NCBI GenBank assembly: GCA_002506365.1
Contig: DAXK01000024.1
Coordinates: 30,944-94,943, forward strand
Reading direction: 5' to 3'
DNA: 64,000 bases
Origin: an archaeon UBA583
GTDB taxonomy: Archaea > Nanobdellota > Nanobdellia > Woesearchaeales > UBA583
Shown here piece after piece: positions 30,689 to 40,652 of this stretch. Position numbers and translations under genes: made by a program. Positions within the stretch are counted from its first letter, which is position 1. Each line of letters begins with the position of its first letter. Below the pieces are notes generated by a model, which did no database searches, had not been told where the DNA came from, and saw only the letters and a program-made list of their open reading frames with translations.

Positions 30689-31489
30689 ATGATTGTAAAA
30701 GAAGAGTTTTTAAACATGTTAAGACAATACTTCAGTCTTAACCTATACGAAGTAAAAATCTGGACAGCTTTATTATCTAGAAAAGTTGCAACAGCCGGTG
30801 AATTATCAGATTTAGCAGTTGTTCCTAGATCCAGAACATATGACGTTTTAGAATCTTTAGAAAAGAAAGGATTCGTAATGGTAAAACTTGGTAAGCCAAT
30901 CAAATATATTGCAATTTCCCCAGCGGATGTAATTGACAGAGTTAAAAAGAGAATTGCTGAAAAATCTGAGGAGAGATTAGATAAGCTTGAAACTTTAAGA
31001 GATTCTGACGTTTTAAAAGATTTAGAACAATTACACGAACAAGGTATTCAATTAGTTGAACCATCAGATTTAAGTGGAGCCTTAAAAGGTAGATACAACT
31101 TGTATAACCACTTAGAAGCAATGGTTAAAGGTGCTGAGTCAGAAGTAATTATTATGACAACTTCAACTGGATTTTTAAGAAAAGTTGAAGCATTAAGAGG
31201 AGTATTTGAAGACTTACAAGAAAGAGGAGTCTCAATTAAAATTGCTTGTCCAAAGACTGAAAAGACTGATGGATTAGCTCAAAGATTAAAAGATATTGCA
31301 GAAGTTAGATTTACTGATGAAATCGAAGCTAGATTCTGTATTATCGATGGTGAAGAAGTTTTATTCATGACTTTACATGACAAAGACATTTATCCAGCTT
31401 ACGATATCGGAGTTTGGGTAAACACACCATTCTTTTCCCAAGCATTACAACAATTATTTGAAATTGCTTGGAGAGATATGAAGAATTAA
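30689..31489 (+). CDS. TrmB-family transcriptional regulator
   Basis: N-terminal wHTH: LNLYEVKIWTALLSRKVATAGELSDLAVVPRSRTYDVLESLEKKGFV. Length 266 aa, with a C-terminal TrmB-type domain. Confidence 0.8.
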   Translation: MIVKEEFLNMLRQYFSLNLYEVKIWTALLSRKVATAGELSDLAVVPRSRTYDVLESLEKKGFVMVKLGKPIKYIAISPADVIDRVKKRIAEKSEERLDKLETLRDSDVLKDLEQLHEQGIQLVEPSDLSGALKGRYNLYNHLEAMVKGAESEVIIMTTSTGFLRKVEALRGVFEDLQERGVSIKIACPKTEKTDGLAQRLKDIAEVRFTDEIEARFCIIDGEEVLFMTLHDKDIYPAYDIGVWVNTPFFSQALQQLFEIAWRDMKN

Positions 31490-31541
31490 TCTTCCTTATT
31501 AATTATAAATTAATAATTACATCATTTTTTGATTAAATTGG

Positions 31542-31559
31542 TTTTGGAAAACTCCAAAA
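31542..31559 (+). terminator. Hairpin (TTTTGGA-aaac-TCCAAAA) downstream of the TrmB-like gene
   Basis: Perfect 7-bp stem 53 nt after the stop codon, followed by T-rich sequence. Confidence 0.3.
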
Positions 31560-31693
31560 TCAAAAATCAATTTTATTTCTACTTAAAAAAATAAATTAAA
31601 ATTAATTAACTACAAAAAATAAAACATAATATAATTCTCAAAATATATAATTTAAACTAAAAATAAAATTATTAAAAAATAATAAATGAAAAT

Positions 31694-32116
31694 CTACTCA
31701 GATTTTCCTTTCAACTTTTGATTCTCATTATGTAAATAATGTAAACTCGCATTTGCTTGTCTTAATTGTTGAGCCATATGTAAAAACTTTGAACTCATAT
31801 CATTTAAAACACCATTAAATTCAGAAATATCAAATTTAAGTGTTTCAGGATCTTCAATTTCAACAGAATTTGGTGTATAATCTACAATAAATCCCATCAA
31901 TTTTTCAACTTTTTCAAACTTTAAAGTAACTTCAATTAAACCTGAATACATAGTTGATTCCTCATCCAACTCAGGAGTAATAATTTCACCATCTAAAAAC
32001 TTCCAATCCTTTGAATCCTTAATTTTTTTAAAAACTAAATCCAAAGCATTTTCTACATTCTCAACTGGTTTTCCAGCAATTTGTAACATAAATCTAGCTG
32101 TAATTTTTTGTGCCAT
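31694..32116 (-). CDS. Hypothetical protein
   Basis: 140-aa ORF with an ATG start and a coiled-coil-like C-terminus. No motif recognised. Confidence 0.5.
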   Translation of the reverse strand: MAQKITARFMLQIAGKPVENVENALDLVFKKIKDSKDWKFLDGEIITPELDEESTMYSGLIEVTLKFEKVEKLMGFIVDYTPNSVEIEDPETLKFDISEFNGVLNDMSSKFLHMAQQLRQANASLHYLHNENQKLKGKSE

Positions 32117-32140
32117 AATTAAATAAAAATTAGTAGGTAT

Positions 32141-32701
32141 TTAAACCTTTTTCTCAACTTTCCTAAGCCAATTTTCCAAAAACTCCTCATCTCTAGACCT
32201 CTTACTATACAAAACTTCAAAATTTTTTAATTTAATTCCACATAAAGAACAAGTTAACTTTAAAATATTCTTTCCAGCATCCCCAACAAACATATAATAA
32301 TACATTGGTCCATCACAAGTTGAAAACACTTGACAAGTCTTCCCTTTCAATAATTGTTTAGCCATCATAGAACCTTTTTCATATTTAAATGCAAATCCAG
32401 AAGTGAAAACTCTATCAATAAAATTTTTCATAATCCCTGGCATCGCATACCACCATTTTGGATACACAAAAACAATATTATCCGCTAACCTAATCTTATC
32501 CTGTAAATCTAAAACTACATCATCCATTGGAAATTTTCTAATATCCTCAAATTTTAAAAAATCCAATTTATACTTTGGATTATATAAATCTAAAATTTCT
32601 GCTTCATCACCTTTATCATGTGCCTTATGTAAAAATGCTTTCGCAATTCTATGTGTATATCCTTTAGTAGATGGATGTGCTGTAATTATTAAATGTCTCA
32701 T
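32141..32701 (-). CDS. Flavodoxin-like fold NAD(P)H-dependent oxidoreductase
   Basis: HLIITAHPSTKGYTHRIA...IVFVYPKWWYAMPGIMKNFIDRVF..GFAFKY is typical of the Flavodoxin_2/NQO-like family. Its ATG overlaps the rpiB stop (TAATG). Confidence 0.7.
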   Translation of the reverse strand: MRHLIITAHPSTKGYTHRIAKAFLHKAHDKGDEAEILDLYNPKYKLDFLKFEDIRKFPMDDVVLDLQDKIRLADNIVFVYPKWWYAMPGIMKNFIDRVFTSGFAFKYEKGSMMAKQLLKGKTCQVFSTCDGPMYYYMFVGDAGKNILKLTCSLCGIKLKNFEVLYSKRSRDEEFLENWLRKVEKKV

Positions 32702-33156
32702 TATTTCAAATCCTCAAAACTCATAACTTTATCAATTCTTTTTTGATGTCTATCTAATCCTGAAAACTCATTTTCAAAAAAAGCATTTAAAATTTCCCTA
32801 TACTTTGTATGATCAAACTCACGCGCACGCAAAGTTAAAACATTAGCATTATTATCTAATCTAGCAAACTTTGCTGAATAAGCATCATAAGAAAAACTCG
32901 CACGAATCCCGGAAAATTTATTAGCTGCAATCGCCATACCAGTTCCACTCCCACAAATTAAAATTCCCAAAGAATTACTCAAATCAGATTGAACTAATTC
33001 ACAAACTTTTTGAGCATAATCTGGATAATCAACAGACTCCTCAGAATCTGGACCCAAATCCTCAAAATTTATTCCCATCTCAACTAATAACTCACAAATA
33101 TCAGCTTTAGCCAAAAAACCTGCATGATCACTTGCGATAAATACTTTTTTATCCAT
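32701..33156 (-). CDS. rpiB: Ribose-5-phosphate isomerase B (RpiB/LacA/LacB family)
   Basis: KVFIASDHAGF...LGILICGSGTGMAIAANKFSGIRA...ARLDNNANVLTL. Confidence 0.85.
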   Translation of the reverse strand: MDKKVFIASDHAGFLAKADICELLVEMGINFEDLGPDSEESVDYPDYAQKVCELVQSDLSNSLGILICGSGTGMAIAANKFSGIRASFSYDAYSAKFARLDNNANVLTLRAREFDHTKYREILNAFFENEFSGLDRHQKRIDKVMSFEDLK

Positions 33157-33257
33157 AGAAAACTTTGAAAATCAAATTATATAAATGTTTGTTAAAATAA
33201 AAAGTAACTATTTCAAAAACAACAAAACCATTTAAATAAATAAAATAAAAATAAAAT

Positions 33258-34040
33258 ATGATACGAAAAAATCATAATTATTTTAAATATAAAAAACAAA
33301 TTAAATTTAAAAAAATAACAAAAATAATTTTTTCAACAATAATTCTAACTACATTAATAACACCAGTATATTCTCAAACTAATATTTCATATGAAATAAA
33401 AGGTTTCTGTAAAAATCAACCAATTGAAATTAACTTTTATAATTCCTCCCAATTTAAAGATAGAAAAAAAATTAAAAAAGAACTCTGTATAGATAGACAA
33501 ACGCCAAAAGAAGATAATTGTCTTGAATTTGATGAAATAAAACTCGAAGCTAAATTATATAATGGGCATAGTGATTACTTTGACCTTACAAAATCATTTT
33601 ACTTATCAGAAAATAAAATTGAATATACTTTTAAAGAATCAAAAGACTATTTATTAGAAATAATTCCATACGATAAAAACATTCCCGAATTTGAAATAAT
33701 TATCCCTATAGAAGAATGTAAAATATATAACGATAAACTAAAACAAATTGAAATAGAAAAAGAATTAGAAAAGAAAGAAAATGAAAAATACAAAGATTTA
33801 AATTTTAAAAATAAATCTGAAATAATTAACAAAAAACCAACTGAAAAAAATTTAACACAACAAGAAAAAATCCTTAAAGAAAACCCAGAATTTATTTTAA
33901 GAAATTTTCAACTAACACAATCAGCAAAATTAAATCCAGGATTAACTAAATTTGACAAAATTAGAATAGTTGGACTTATGTTAATTTTTTTAACAGTATT
34001 ATTTAGACTATATAAAATTAAAAAAGAATTAAAAAAATAA
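33258..34040 (+). CDS. Surface protein with signal peptide, conserved Cys domain and C-terminal TM anchor (paralog of 35586..36824)
   Basis: YEIKGFCKNQPIEINFYNSSQFKDRKKIKKELCIDRQTPKEDNCLEFDE..KLYNG aligns with the 35586 ORF. The C-terminal anchor is IRIVGLMLIFLTVLFRLY. Confidence 0.65.
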   Translation: MIRKNHNYFKYKKQIKFKKITKIIFSTIILTTLITPVYSQTNISYEIKGFCKNQPIEINFYNSSQFKDRKKIKKELCIDRQTPKEDNCLEFDEIKLEAKLYNGHSDYFDLTKSFYLSENKIEYTFKESKDYLLEIIPYDKNIPEFEIIIPIEECKIYNDKLKQIEIEKELEKKENEKYKDLNFKNKSEIINKKPTEKNLTQQEKILKENPEFILRNFQLTQSAKLNPGLTKFDKIRIVGLMLIFLTVLFRLYKIKKELKK

Positions 34041-34054
34041 ATCTCAAGATTTAT

Positions 34055-34534
34055 TTAGAAAGGCAAAAATGGGACTGTTTCAGATAAACCTTGAACAAAC
34101 GGCATTGCGTAAATAAAAACCATATAATAAGATGAAAACCCAATTAAACTTGAAATTAAAATTTTATGCCACCATTTTTCAGAAAATCCAGCTCCAGAAA
34201 CACCCTTAATAGCATGTGAAGCAACCATTTTAACCATCATAAATAAAGTAATAGCAATTGACACAATTAAAGAATTTCCATTTACATCAATCATTAATAA
34301 ATCCTTAACAAAACCTAAATTATCAAAAACTCCCTGACTTAACAACCAAGGAACATTTGTAGCAACTAAAACTCCAAAAATTGAAAATAATAAACCGTGC
34401 CACATATCACCGATAAATTGTTGACCAGAAGTCATATTCTCGTCCTCATACACAAAGTATGCTTCTACAATCCCAATAATAAAACCTACAATTATTGGTA
34501 AAACAATATGAATAGTTAATGTTTCTGTTGCCAT
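34055..34534 (-). CDS. Integral membrane protein (about 4 TM), function unknown
   Basis: 159 aa and hydrophobic throughout. Its start lies 2 nt after the scpA stop, so co-transcription is likely. Confidence 0.55.
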   Translation of the reverse strand: MATETLTIHIVLPIIVGFIIGIVEAYFVYEDENMTSGQQFIGDMWHGLLFSIFGVLVATNVPWLLSQGVFDNLGFVKDLLMIDVNGNSLIVSIAITLFMMVKMVASHAIKGVSGAGFSEKWWHKILISSLIGFSSYYMVFIYAMPFVQGLSETVPFLPF

Positions 34535-34536
34535 TT

Positions 34537-35496
34537 TTAATTATTTTTTTCCTCATCTAAAAACTCACCTAAATCATAAGGTAACTCAACTTTATCCTTA
34601 TGATGAATCTCTATATCATCAAAATGATTCTTTTGCTTTAAATAAACTTTGTCTTGATTGTGTAGATATAACAAAGGCATAAATTTCTCTAAAACCTCCA
34701 AAGTTGAACCAGCATCACCAGTAAATTTTGAAAAATGTATATGTGAATCTGCCTTATCTAACTCCATTAAAATCAAATCATGTAAATTCTCAATAATAGT
34801 TCCTAAATCCATCGGATTCTCCTCATACATTGGACCATCATACCCTAAATCATCCTCAAAATTACTCTCATTTCTTTGTAAAAAAGAACTTTTTCTTTTA
34901 TTACTTTGCTTAAATGTTTTCTCCAATAAATTAATTAAATCAAAAATATTTACTTTTCTCTTTCTAGCAATTGGATTACGAACTTTAATTTCGTAATTTT
35001 CACGTCGTCTTTTTTTTTCTAAATCTTCTAAATGTGAATCTAATTCCTCTAAAGTTTCCCAATCCCCATACATTGGATCATTTTCATCAATTTGAACTTG
35101 AGCAATTTGATCATCAATCCCACGTAAATCTCTCTCAACTAAATACTCTGCCTTAGTCTTTAATAAAAATACAGCAATCGTTAAAAATTTTCCAGTAATA
35201 TCAAAATCCACATTTGACATACTCTTAACAGCTTCCAAATATTTTTTAGTTAAAATTCCCAAATCAATATCCCAAGGATTTAAATTTTCATCATGAATCA
35301 ATTGATATAAAAAATTCTTCCAATCTAAAGAATCCTTATCTGTTGCAATATCATAAATCCTCTCCTCAGGTTTTAAATTTAAATTATTCATATCTTTAAT
35401 ATCTAAATTTTCTTCACTATCAGAATTCTCAGTTTTATTTAAAATATCATTCTCTAAATTCTCCTCAATAGAACTAGAAACTTGGGAATTTTCCAT
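34537..35496 (-). CDS. scpA: Segregation and condensation protein A (kleisin)
   Basis: NPWDIDLGILTKKYLEAVKSM..DFDITGKFLTIAVFLLKTKAEYLV matches the ScpA N-terminal signature. A C-terminal winged-helix-like region is present. Confidence 0.75.
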   Translation of the reverse strand: MENSQVSSSIEENLENDILNKTENSDSEENLDIKDMNNLNLKPEERIYDIATDKDSLDWKNFLYQLIHDENLNPWDIDLGILTKKYLEAVKSMSNVDFDITGKFLTIAVFLLKTKAEYLVERDLRGIDDQIAQVQIDENDPMYGDWETLEELDSHLEDLEKKRRRENYEIKVRNPIARKRKVNIFDLINLLEKTFKQSNKRKSSFLQRNESNFEDDLGYDGPMYEENPMDLGTIIENLHDLILMELDKADSHIHFSKFTGDAGSTLEVLEKFMPLLYLHNQDKVYLKQKNHFDDIEIHHKDKVELPYDLGEFLDEEKNN

Positions 35497-35585
35497 AATA
35501 AAAAATCAAAAAATACCTTTATAAATCTTTGTTCTAAAAAAATAAAATAATTAAACATTATATACCAAATACATATAAATATTAT

Positions 35586-36824
35586 ATGTTAAAAAAATTA
35601 TATTTTAAAATCACATTAATTATTTCAATTATTTTATTCTCTCAAACAACAGTCCTAGCCGCAAATGAAAACGCTACAGACATCATTGTTAAATATGAAG
35701 GATTTTGTGCTAACTACCCAATTAATTTTGTAATGTATAATCAAACTCAATATGATGATGTAAATAAAATTGAAGATAACCTCTGTGAAGATGGTGAAGA
35801 CCCTAAAGAAGATCGTTGTGACGAATGGGAATTATTTTCAGGAAAACTTAAAATATTTAATGGACCAATTGATGGGCTTCCAATATTAAAAGAATTTGAC
35901 CTAAAATCAAAAAGAGAATTTCAAGTAACATTTAGTGAGTTTAATTCATATTTAATCTCATATGAATCAAATGATGAGCAATACAACGACTGGGAAGAAT
36001 TAGTAGAACTAGCTGAATGTAAAAGAGCTGATAAAAATAAAGATAAATATCCTGAAGTTGAAGAAAAAACTGAAAAAGCAAAAACAAATCAAACATTTTT
36101 ATACAATAATAATGAATTTGTAATTGATATTAAAGATACATCAATTGAAAATCAAAATGAAATAACAATTCAAGAAATTCAAAACTCTCAAGTTGAAAAT
36201 TCAATTAAAACAATTGAAATATTAACAACTAACCAACAAACTGAATTCTCCAAAATAATAATTCAAACAAATATTAATTTAGAAAACAAAGAATTTGAAA
36301 TTAAAAAATTTAATGAAAATACAAACTTATGGCAAAATGTAAATTTAAATATTATTGAACAAACTCAAACATCAATTAAATTTGAAATTACATCATTTGG
36401 AAAATACTCAATTTCTCAAAAACAAAAAGAAGTTGTAATTGACAATCAAAACAACATTGAAAATCAAACAAATCAAAATACACAACTAAATGAAAATCAA
36501 AAAAACAAAAATGATGAATTAGTCCCAATCGAATTAGACCTAGGAAAAGCAAAAACACAAAGTCAAATTAACCCAATTTTAATTGGAGGGATTGTAGTAT
36601 TCGTATTAATTATTGTTGGATTTTTATTTATCCCTAAACAAAGAAAAGATACTGATATGAGTGGATACCAAAATAAACCAATTAATAACGAAACATACAG
36701 AAAAACAAAAGAATATGTTCAAAAATACAAAACTCAATACAACCAAGAACAAATTAAAACAAGTTTAATCCAAGGAAAAATTGACAAAGAAATAATTGAT
36801 AAAGTTTTAAAAGAAGAATTTTAA
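35586..36824 (+). CDS. Surface protein with signal peptide, conserved Cys domain, Q/N-rich region and C-terminal TM anchor (paralog of 33258..34040)
   Basis: VKYEGFCANYPINFVMYNQTQYDDVNKIEDNLCEDGEDPKEDRCDEWE..KIFNG. The anchor is ILIGGIVVFVLIIVGFLFI. Confidence 0.65.
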   Translation: MLKKLYFKITLIISIILFSQTTVLAANENATDIIVKYEGFCANYPINFVMYNQTQYDDVNKIEDNLCEDGEDPKEDRCDEWELFSGKLKIFNGPIDGLPILKEFDLKSKREFQVTFSEFNSYLISYESNDEQYNDWEELVELAECKRADKNKDKYPEVEEKTEKAKTNQTFLYNNNEFVIDIKDTSIENQNEITIQEIQNSQVENSIKTIEILTTNQQTEFSKIIIQTNINLENKEFEIKKFNENTNLWQNVNLNIIEQTQTSIKFEITSFGKYSISQKQKEVVIDNQNNIENQTNQNTQLNENQKNKNDELVPIELDLGKAKTQSQINPILIGGIVVFVLIIVGFLFIPKQRKDTDMSGYQNKPINNETYRKTKEYVQKYKTQYNQEQIKTSLIQGKIDKEIIDKVLKEEF

Positions 36825-37068
36825 AAATATTATAATTTAATTTTTTAAAACTAAAATAAATGATTAAATAATTTTAAACTTAACCAACATAAAAATACAC
36901 AAAATAAAAATAATCTTGGATTAAAAGTATTCATAGAAATTACAGTCAAATAAACTGTAAATATAAAAAATAAAATAAATAACTTTTTCTTTTTTTCCAC
37001 TCGAAAATTAAAAAAATTAAAATGAGCTTTTAAACATTAACTATACAAAAATAAATTCAATAAATAAA

Positions 37069-37380
37069 CTAAAATTTATCCCACTTATGAACTGAATTAA
37101 AAGTTAAACTCTCAACCGATGTGCTTGATATATACTCACCCATTTTTTTACACTCCTCAAAATCATTAAATATCTTTCGAGCATTCTCTAAATCTAATAA
37201 TGACTCCCAATGTAATATATCAGCCCTAATATTTTTCTCATTATCCAAACAACTCTCCCAACAAATAAATCCTTTTTGTTTTTTAGCAAATACCTCAACA
37301 ACCTTTTTTTGAACTTCAATAAACTCAATTAACTTAGATTCATCAACTAATTTATACTTTACATATTCAATTACAACCAT
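37069..37380 (-). CDS. Small alpha+beta protein, possibly ABM/Dabb-like (tandem paralog 1)
   Basis: 103 aa. It shares YKL..F..V..F.K.Q.GFI..NEKNI..I..W.S.L with the neighbouring ORF. Confidence 0.4.
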   Translation of the reverse strand: MVVIEYVKYKLVDESKLIEFIEVQKKVVEVFAKKQKGFICWESCLDNEKNIRADILHWESLLDLENARKIFNDFEECKKMGEYISSTSVESLTFNSVHKWDKF

Positions 37381-37448
37381 AATTAAAATAATAAGAAAAT
37401 AAATAATATAAAATAAATGTTTAAAATTGAAACTCTAATAAAAATAAA

Positions 37449-37742
37449 TTAAATAAAGTTTAATTCAGTCATAGTCATACTTGTTAAATCAATATTTCCA
37501 AATTGTTCAGCACAAATATCATTCTCCATAAATTTTTTATGAATATCATCAGTAAACAATTTAGATTTCCATACATGAATTTCATAAAAAATATTTTCTT
37601 TTTCATTATATCCCATATTAATTGAAATAAATCCATCTTGAATTTTATAAAAATCTTTTACAATTAATTCCATAGATTTTTTAAAATATTCCTTGTTAAC
37701 TCCTTCTTTTAATTTATAGCTTAATAAAAAATTATATGTCAT
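37449..37742 (-). CDS. Small alpha+beta protein, possibly ABM/Dabb-like (tandem paralog 2)
   Basis: 97 aa and alignable with 37069..37380. Confidence 0.4.
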   Translation of the reverse strand: MTYNFLLSYKLKEGVNKEYFKKSMELIVKDFYKIQDGFISINMGYNEKENIFYEIHVWKSKLFTDDIHKKFMENDICAEQFGNIDLTSMTMTELNFI

Positions 37743-37817
37743 ATAAAATAAATAAAATAAAAGTATAAATAACTGTGTAATCTAGAAATAAATAAAAAAT
37801 AAGTTTTAAAATTAAAC

Positions 37818-39818
37818 TTATTTAATTAATTTTTGAATTTTAGCTTTTGTTTTAGCATCAGCCTTTTTCCAATCTAAAATCTCAACTAAAACTTCAGCAA
37901 AAGTTTTTACTGGAATAATCTTAATCTTCTTTCTAACTTCATCTGAAATAACTAAATCTTGTAAATTTGAATAAGGAATAATCGCAGTCTTCATACCAGC
38001 AACCACTGCACCCTCAATTTTAGCAGAAACTCCACCAATAGGTAAAACTTCACCTAAAATAGATAAACTCCCCGTTAAAGCAACCTCTTGCTTAATCGGA
38101 ATATTCTTTAAAGCTGAAACAATACTAGTTGCAATCGCAATAGATGCACTATCCCCTTCCACTCCGGAATGAGTTTGAATAAATTGCACAAAAATACTAT
38201 GGTCCTTTGTTAAATCCTCACCAAATACCTTTTGAATAACTGCTGAAACATTAGTAACACTCTCCTTTGCAATTTCCCCTAATTTTCCAGTCGCTGTAAA
38301 AGTAACTCCCTTAGCACCCTTAACAACTGAAGACTCAATTGGCATAACCATACCCGCATAAGGTGGAGTTTGACCAACAACAGCAAGACCATTAATCTTT
38401 CCAACAACAGACCCAGTATTATTAATAATTGAATATTTCTTCTTTACATCAACATACTTTTTAATCATTTGAGATTCAATTGTTAAAACTTTTTCTAAAG
38501 CATCCTTAACATCTTGTTTAGTTGTAACTTTATGATTCATCTCAACTGCAATATCTCCAGCTGCACGAATAATTCCACCTAACTCTCTAAACCTAGCAGT
38601 TAACTTTCCACCCTTATCAGCTCTCTTTTTAGCTTCTTCAATAATAAGTGCGCAAGCTTCAGGACTAAAATGAGGAATCTTTTTATCACCCTTAACTTCT
38701 TGAGCAATTAACTTAATTAAATTTTTTCTATTCTCAACAGTATCATCCATAACCTCATTCATATAAATTTCATAACCATAACCACGAATTCTAGAACGTA
38801 AAGCAGGATGCATATGTTTTAAAGTATCCATATTTCCAGCAGCCACTAAAATAAAATCAGTAGGCACAGGAGTTGACCGAACCATAGCACCAGCAGATCT
38901 TTCAGACCTCCCAGTAATTGGCATTTCTTTTTCTTGCATAGCAGTTAATAACTCTTGTTGCATCTCAGGTTTTAAAGTTGCAATTTCATCAATAAATAAA
39001 ACTCCACCATGAGCCTTATGAATCATTCCACTAACAACTCTTTGATGAGCTGGAGTTCCTAATCCACCACTTTGAAATGGATCATGTAAAACATCTCCTA
39101 ACAAAGCACCCTCGTGAGCACCAGAAGCATCTTCAAAAATATATTTTTTATTTGAATTATCAACAAATAACTTTGGAGTCCCAGCATCAGGATTACCACC
39201 TAGTCCACCAGCCTTTTTAGCTAAACTTGCAGATAAAACTAAAATAAATAATAAAAACCCAATAATAATTACATCAGCAACAATCCATGCAGCATAAACT
39301 ACATCCGGAATTAACCCAGAAGACCATTTCCAATAATGATAATATGAAATTGCTAAACCAATTAAAATAAAAACAATAGTAATTGTTCCTTGACCCTTCC
39401 CCATATTTTTTAAATTTACACTTCGTGAAGCATCAACAATTTTTTGACCATCACCAGCTTTTGTAACTTTAACAATTGGATTATTTTCATCCTTAGGATT
39501 TTGATAAGCTAACATATCAACTGCATTTTTAACAGATAAAATTTCAGCTAAAGCTTTTCCAAGCATAGACTTTCCAGTCCCAGGTTCCCCCAATAATAAA
39601 ACATGTCTTCTTTGAGCAGCTGATTTTTTAATAATCTCTAAAGCATCATCTTGCCCAATAACTTTATTTACAAGTTTTTCATCAACTACAATTTCTGAAG
39701 TATCTTTAAAATTTAAATAATCATTAGATTTATTTGAAACTTTTTTAGTTACTTTCTTAACTGATTTCTCAGTAGATTTCACATCAGAAGTTGTAGAAAC
39801 TTTTTTTTTAATAGCCAT
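37818..39818 (-). CDS. lonB: Archaeal membrane-bound Lon protease (LonB)
   Basis: Walker A LLGEPGTGKS. A two-helix membrane insertion lies inside the AAA+ module (ITIVFILIGLAISYY.., VIIIGFLLFILVLSASL). The protease domain has VEGDSASIAIATSIVSAL and GGVSAKIEGA. Confidence 0.9.
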   Translation of the reverse strand: MAIKKKVSTTSDVKSTEKSVKKVTKKVSNKSNDYLNFKDTSEIVVDEKLVNKVIGQDDALEIIKKSAAQRRHVLLLGEPGTGKSMLGKALAEILSVKNAVDMLAYQNPKDENNPIVKVTKAGDGQKIVDASRSVNLKNMGKGQGTITIVFILIGLAISYYHYWKWSSGLIPDVVYAAWIVADVIIIGFLLFILVLSASLAKKAGGLGGNPDAGTPKLFVDNSNKKYIFEDASGAHEGALLGDVLHDPFQSGGLGTPAHQRVVSGMIHKAHGGVLFIDEIATLKPEMQQELLTAMQEKEMPITGRSERSAGAMVRSTPVPTDFILVAAGNMDTLKHMHPALRSRIRGYGYEIYMNEVMDDTVENRKNLIKLIAQEVKGDKKIPHFSPEACALIIEEAKKRADKGGKLTARFRELGGIIRAAGDIAVEMNHKVTTKQDVKDALEKVLTIESQMIKKYVDVKKKYSIINNTGSVVGKINGLAVVGQTPPYAGMVMPIESSVVKGAKGVTFTATGKLGEIAKESVTNVSAVIQKVFGEDLTKDHSIFVQFIQTHSGVEGDSASIAIATSIVSALKNIPIKQEVALTGSLSILGEVLPIGGVSAKIEGAVVAGMKTAIIPYSNLQDLVISDEVRKKIKIIPVKTFAEVLVEILDWKKADAKTKAKIQKLIK

Positions 39819-40031
39819 ACAAATTTCTAGGAGAATTTACTTTAAAAAGCTTTGTCAAATTTAATTTGACAACGAATTAAAGATTCAATTTTCACAAAAA
39901 TACAATAAAAATAAATTTATTAAATTTATTATAAATAATTAAATATATTCTCACATACTTTGAAAATCAAATAAAAAAATCTAACAAAAATCAAACAAAA
40001 ACTACTTAAACATTAAAACCCATTCCAAATA

Positions 40032-40604
40032 ATGGAATCAATAAAAAAATCCAAACTAGAAATACAAGATTTAATATTAATTAATATTAATCAATTAAAC
40101 CAAACTCAAAAAGAACTATTTGCAAAACAACAAATAATAGAATTTGAAGATGAAGAAATATTAAACAACACAACAATCTGTGAATTTTTAAATGGTAGAA
40201 AATACACATTAAAAGATTCACTAGATTTTATTAATTTAAAAACAGATAGATACATATTTGTAATATATAACACCCAAAATAAATTAATAGGAGTAATAGG
40301 TATTGACTCAATAAATAGATTCAACAACTCTGGAAGTTTAGGATATTGGATTGCTAAAAATCAAAGGGGAAATGGATACATATCTAAATCAGTTAAAATA
40401 TTTATCCAAAGTTGCTTTCAAGATTTAAAAATAAATAAAATCAACTCCTCAGCTTTTGACTATAACATAGGATCAAATAAAGTTTTACAAAAATATGGAT
40501 TTACACAAATCGGAATTAAAAAAGAAAATAGATTTAGAAATAATAAATACTGTGATGAAAATATGTATGAATTATTAAAATCAGAGTGGGAAAAAGAAAA
40601 TTAA
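40032..40604 (+). CDS. GNAT-family N-acetyltransferase (RimJ/RimL-like)
   Basis: GSLGYWIAKNQRGNGYISKSVKIFIQ...SSAFDYNIGSNKVLQKYGFTQIG. Confidence 0.7.
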   Translation: MESIKKSKLEIQDLILININQLNQTQKELFAKQQIIEFEDEEILNNTTICEFLNGRKYTLKDSLDFINLKTDRYIFVIYNTQNKLIGVIGIDSINRFNNSGSLGYWIAKNQRGNGYISKSVKIFIQSCFQDLKINKINSSAFDYNIGSNKVLQKYGFTQIGIKKENRFRNNKYCDENMYELLKSEWEKEN

Positions 40605-40652
40605 AAATAAATAATAAATAAAAATAATAAAGAATTAAAAATAAATCAAAAA

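Noticed and set aside
31521-31590. Possible fifth (inverted) copy of the hairpin element downstream of the TrmB-like gene
   Set aside because: It shares a 7-bp hairpin, TCAATTTT and AAAATGAT-like strings in reverse complement, but the order of the parts does not match the family. I treat it as a simple terminator-like hairpin.
36851-37000. 49-aa minus-strand micro-ORF (GTG start, VEKKKKLFILFFIFTVYLTVISMNTF...) in the 36825-37068 spacer
   Set aside because: It would encode a two-helix membrane peptide. However, it has a non-ATG start, no promoter at the usual distance and no recognisable similarity, so it is not supportable from sequence alone.
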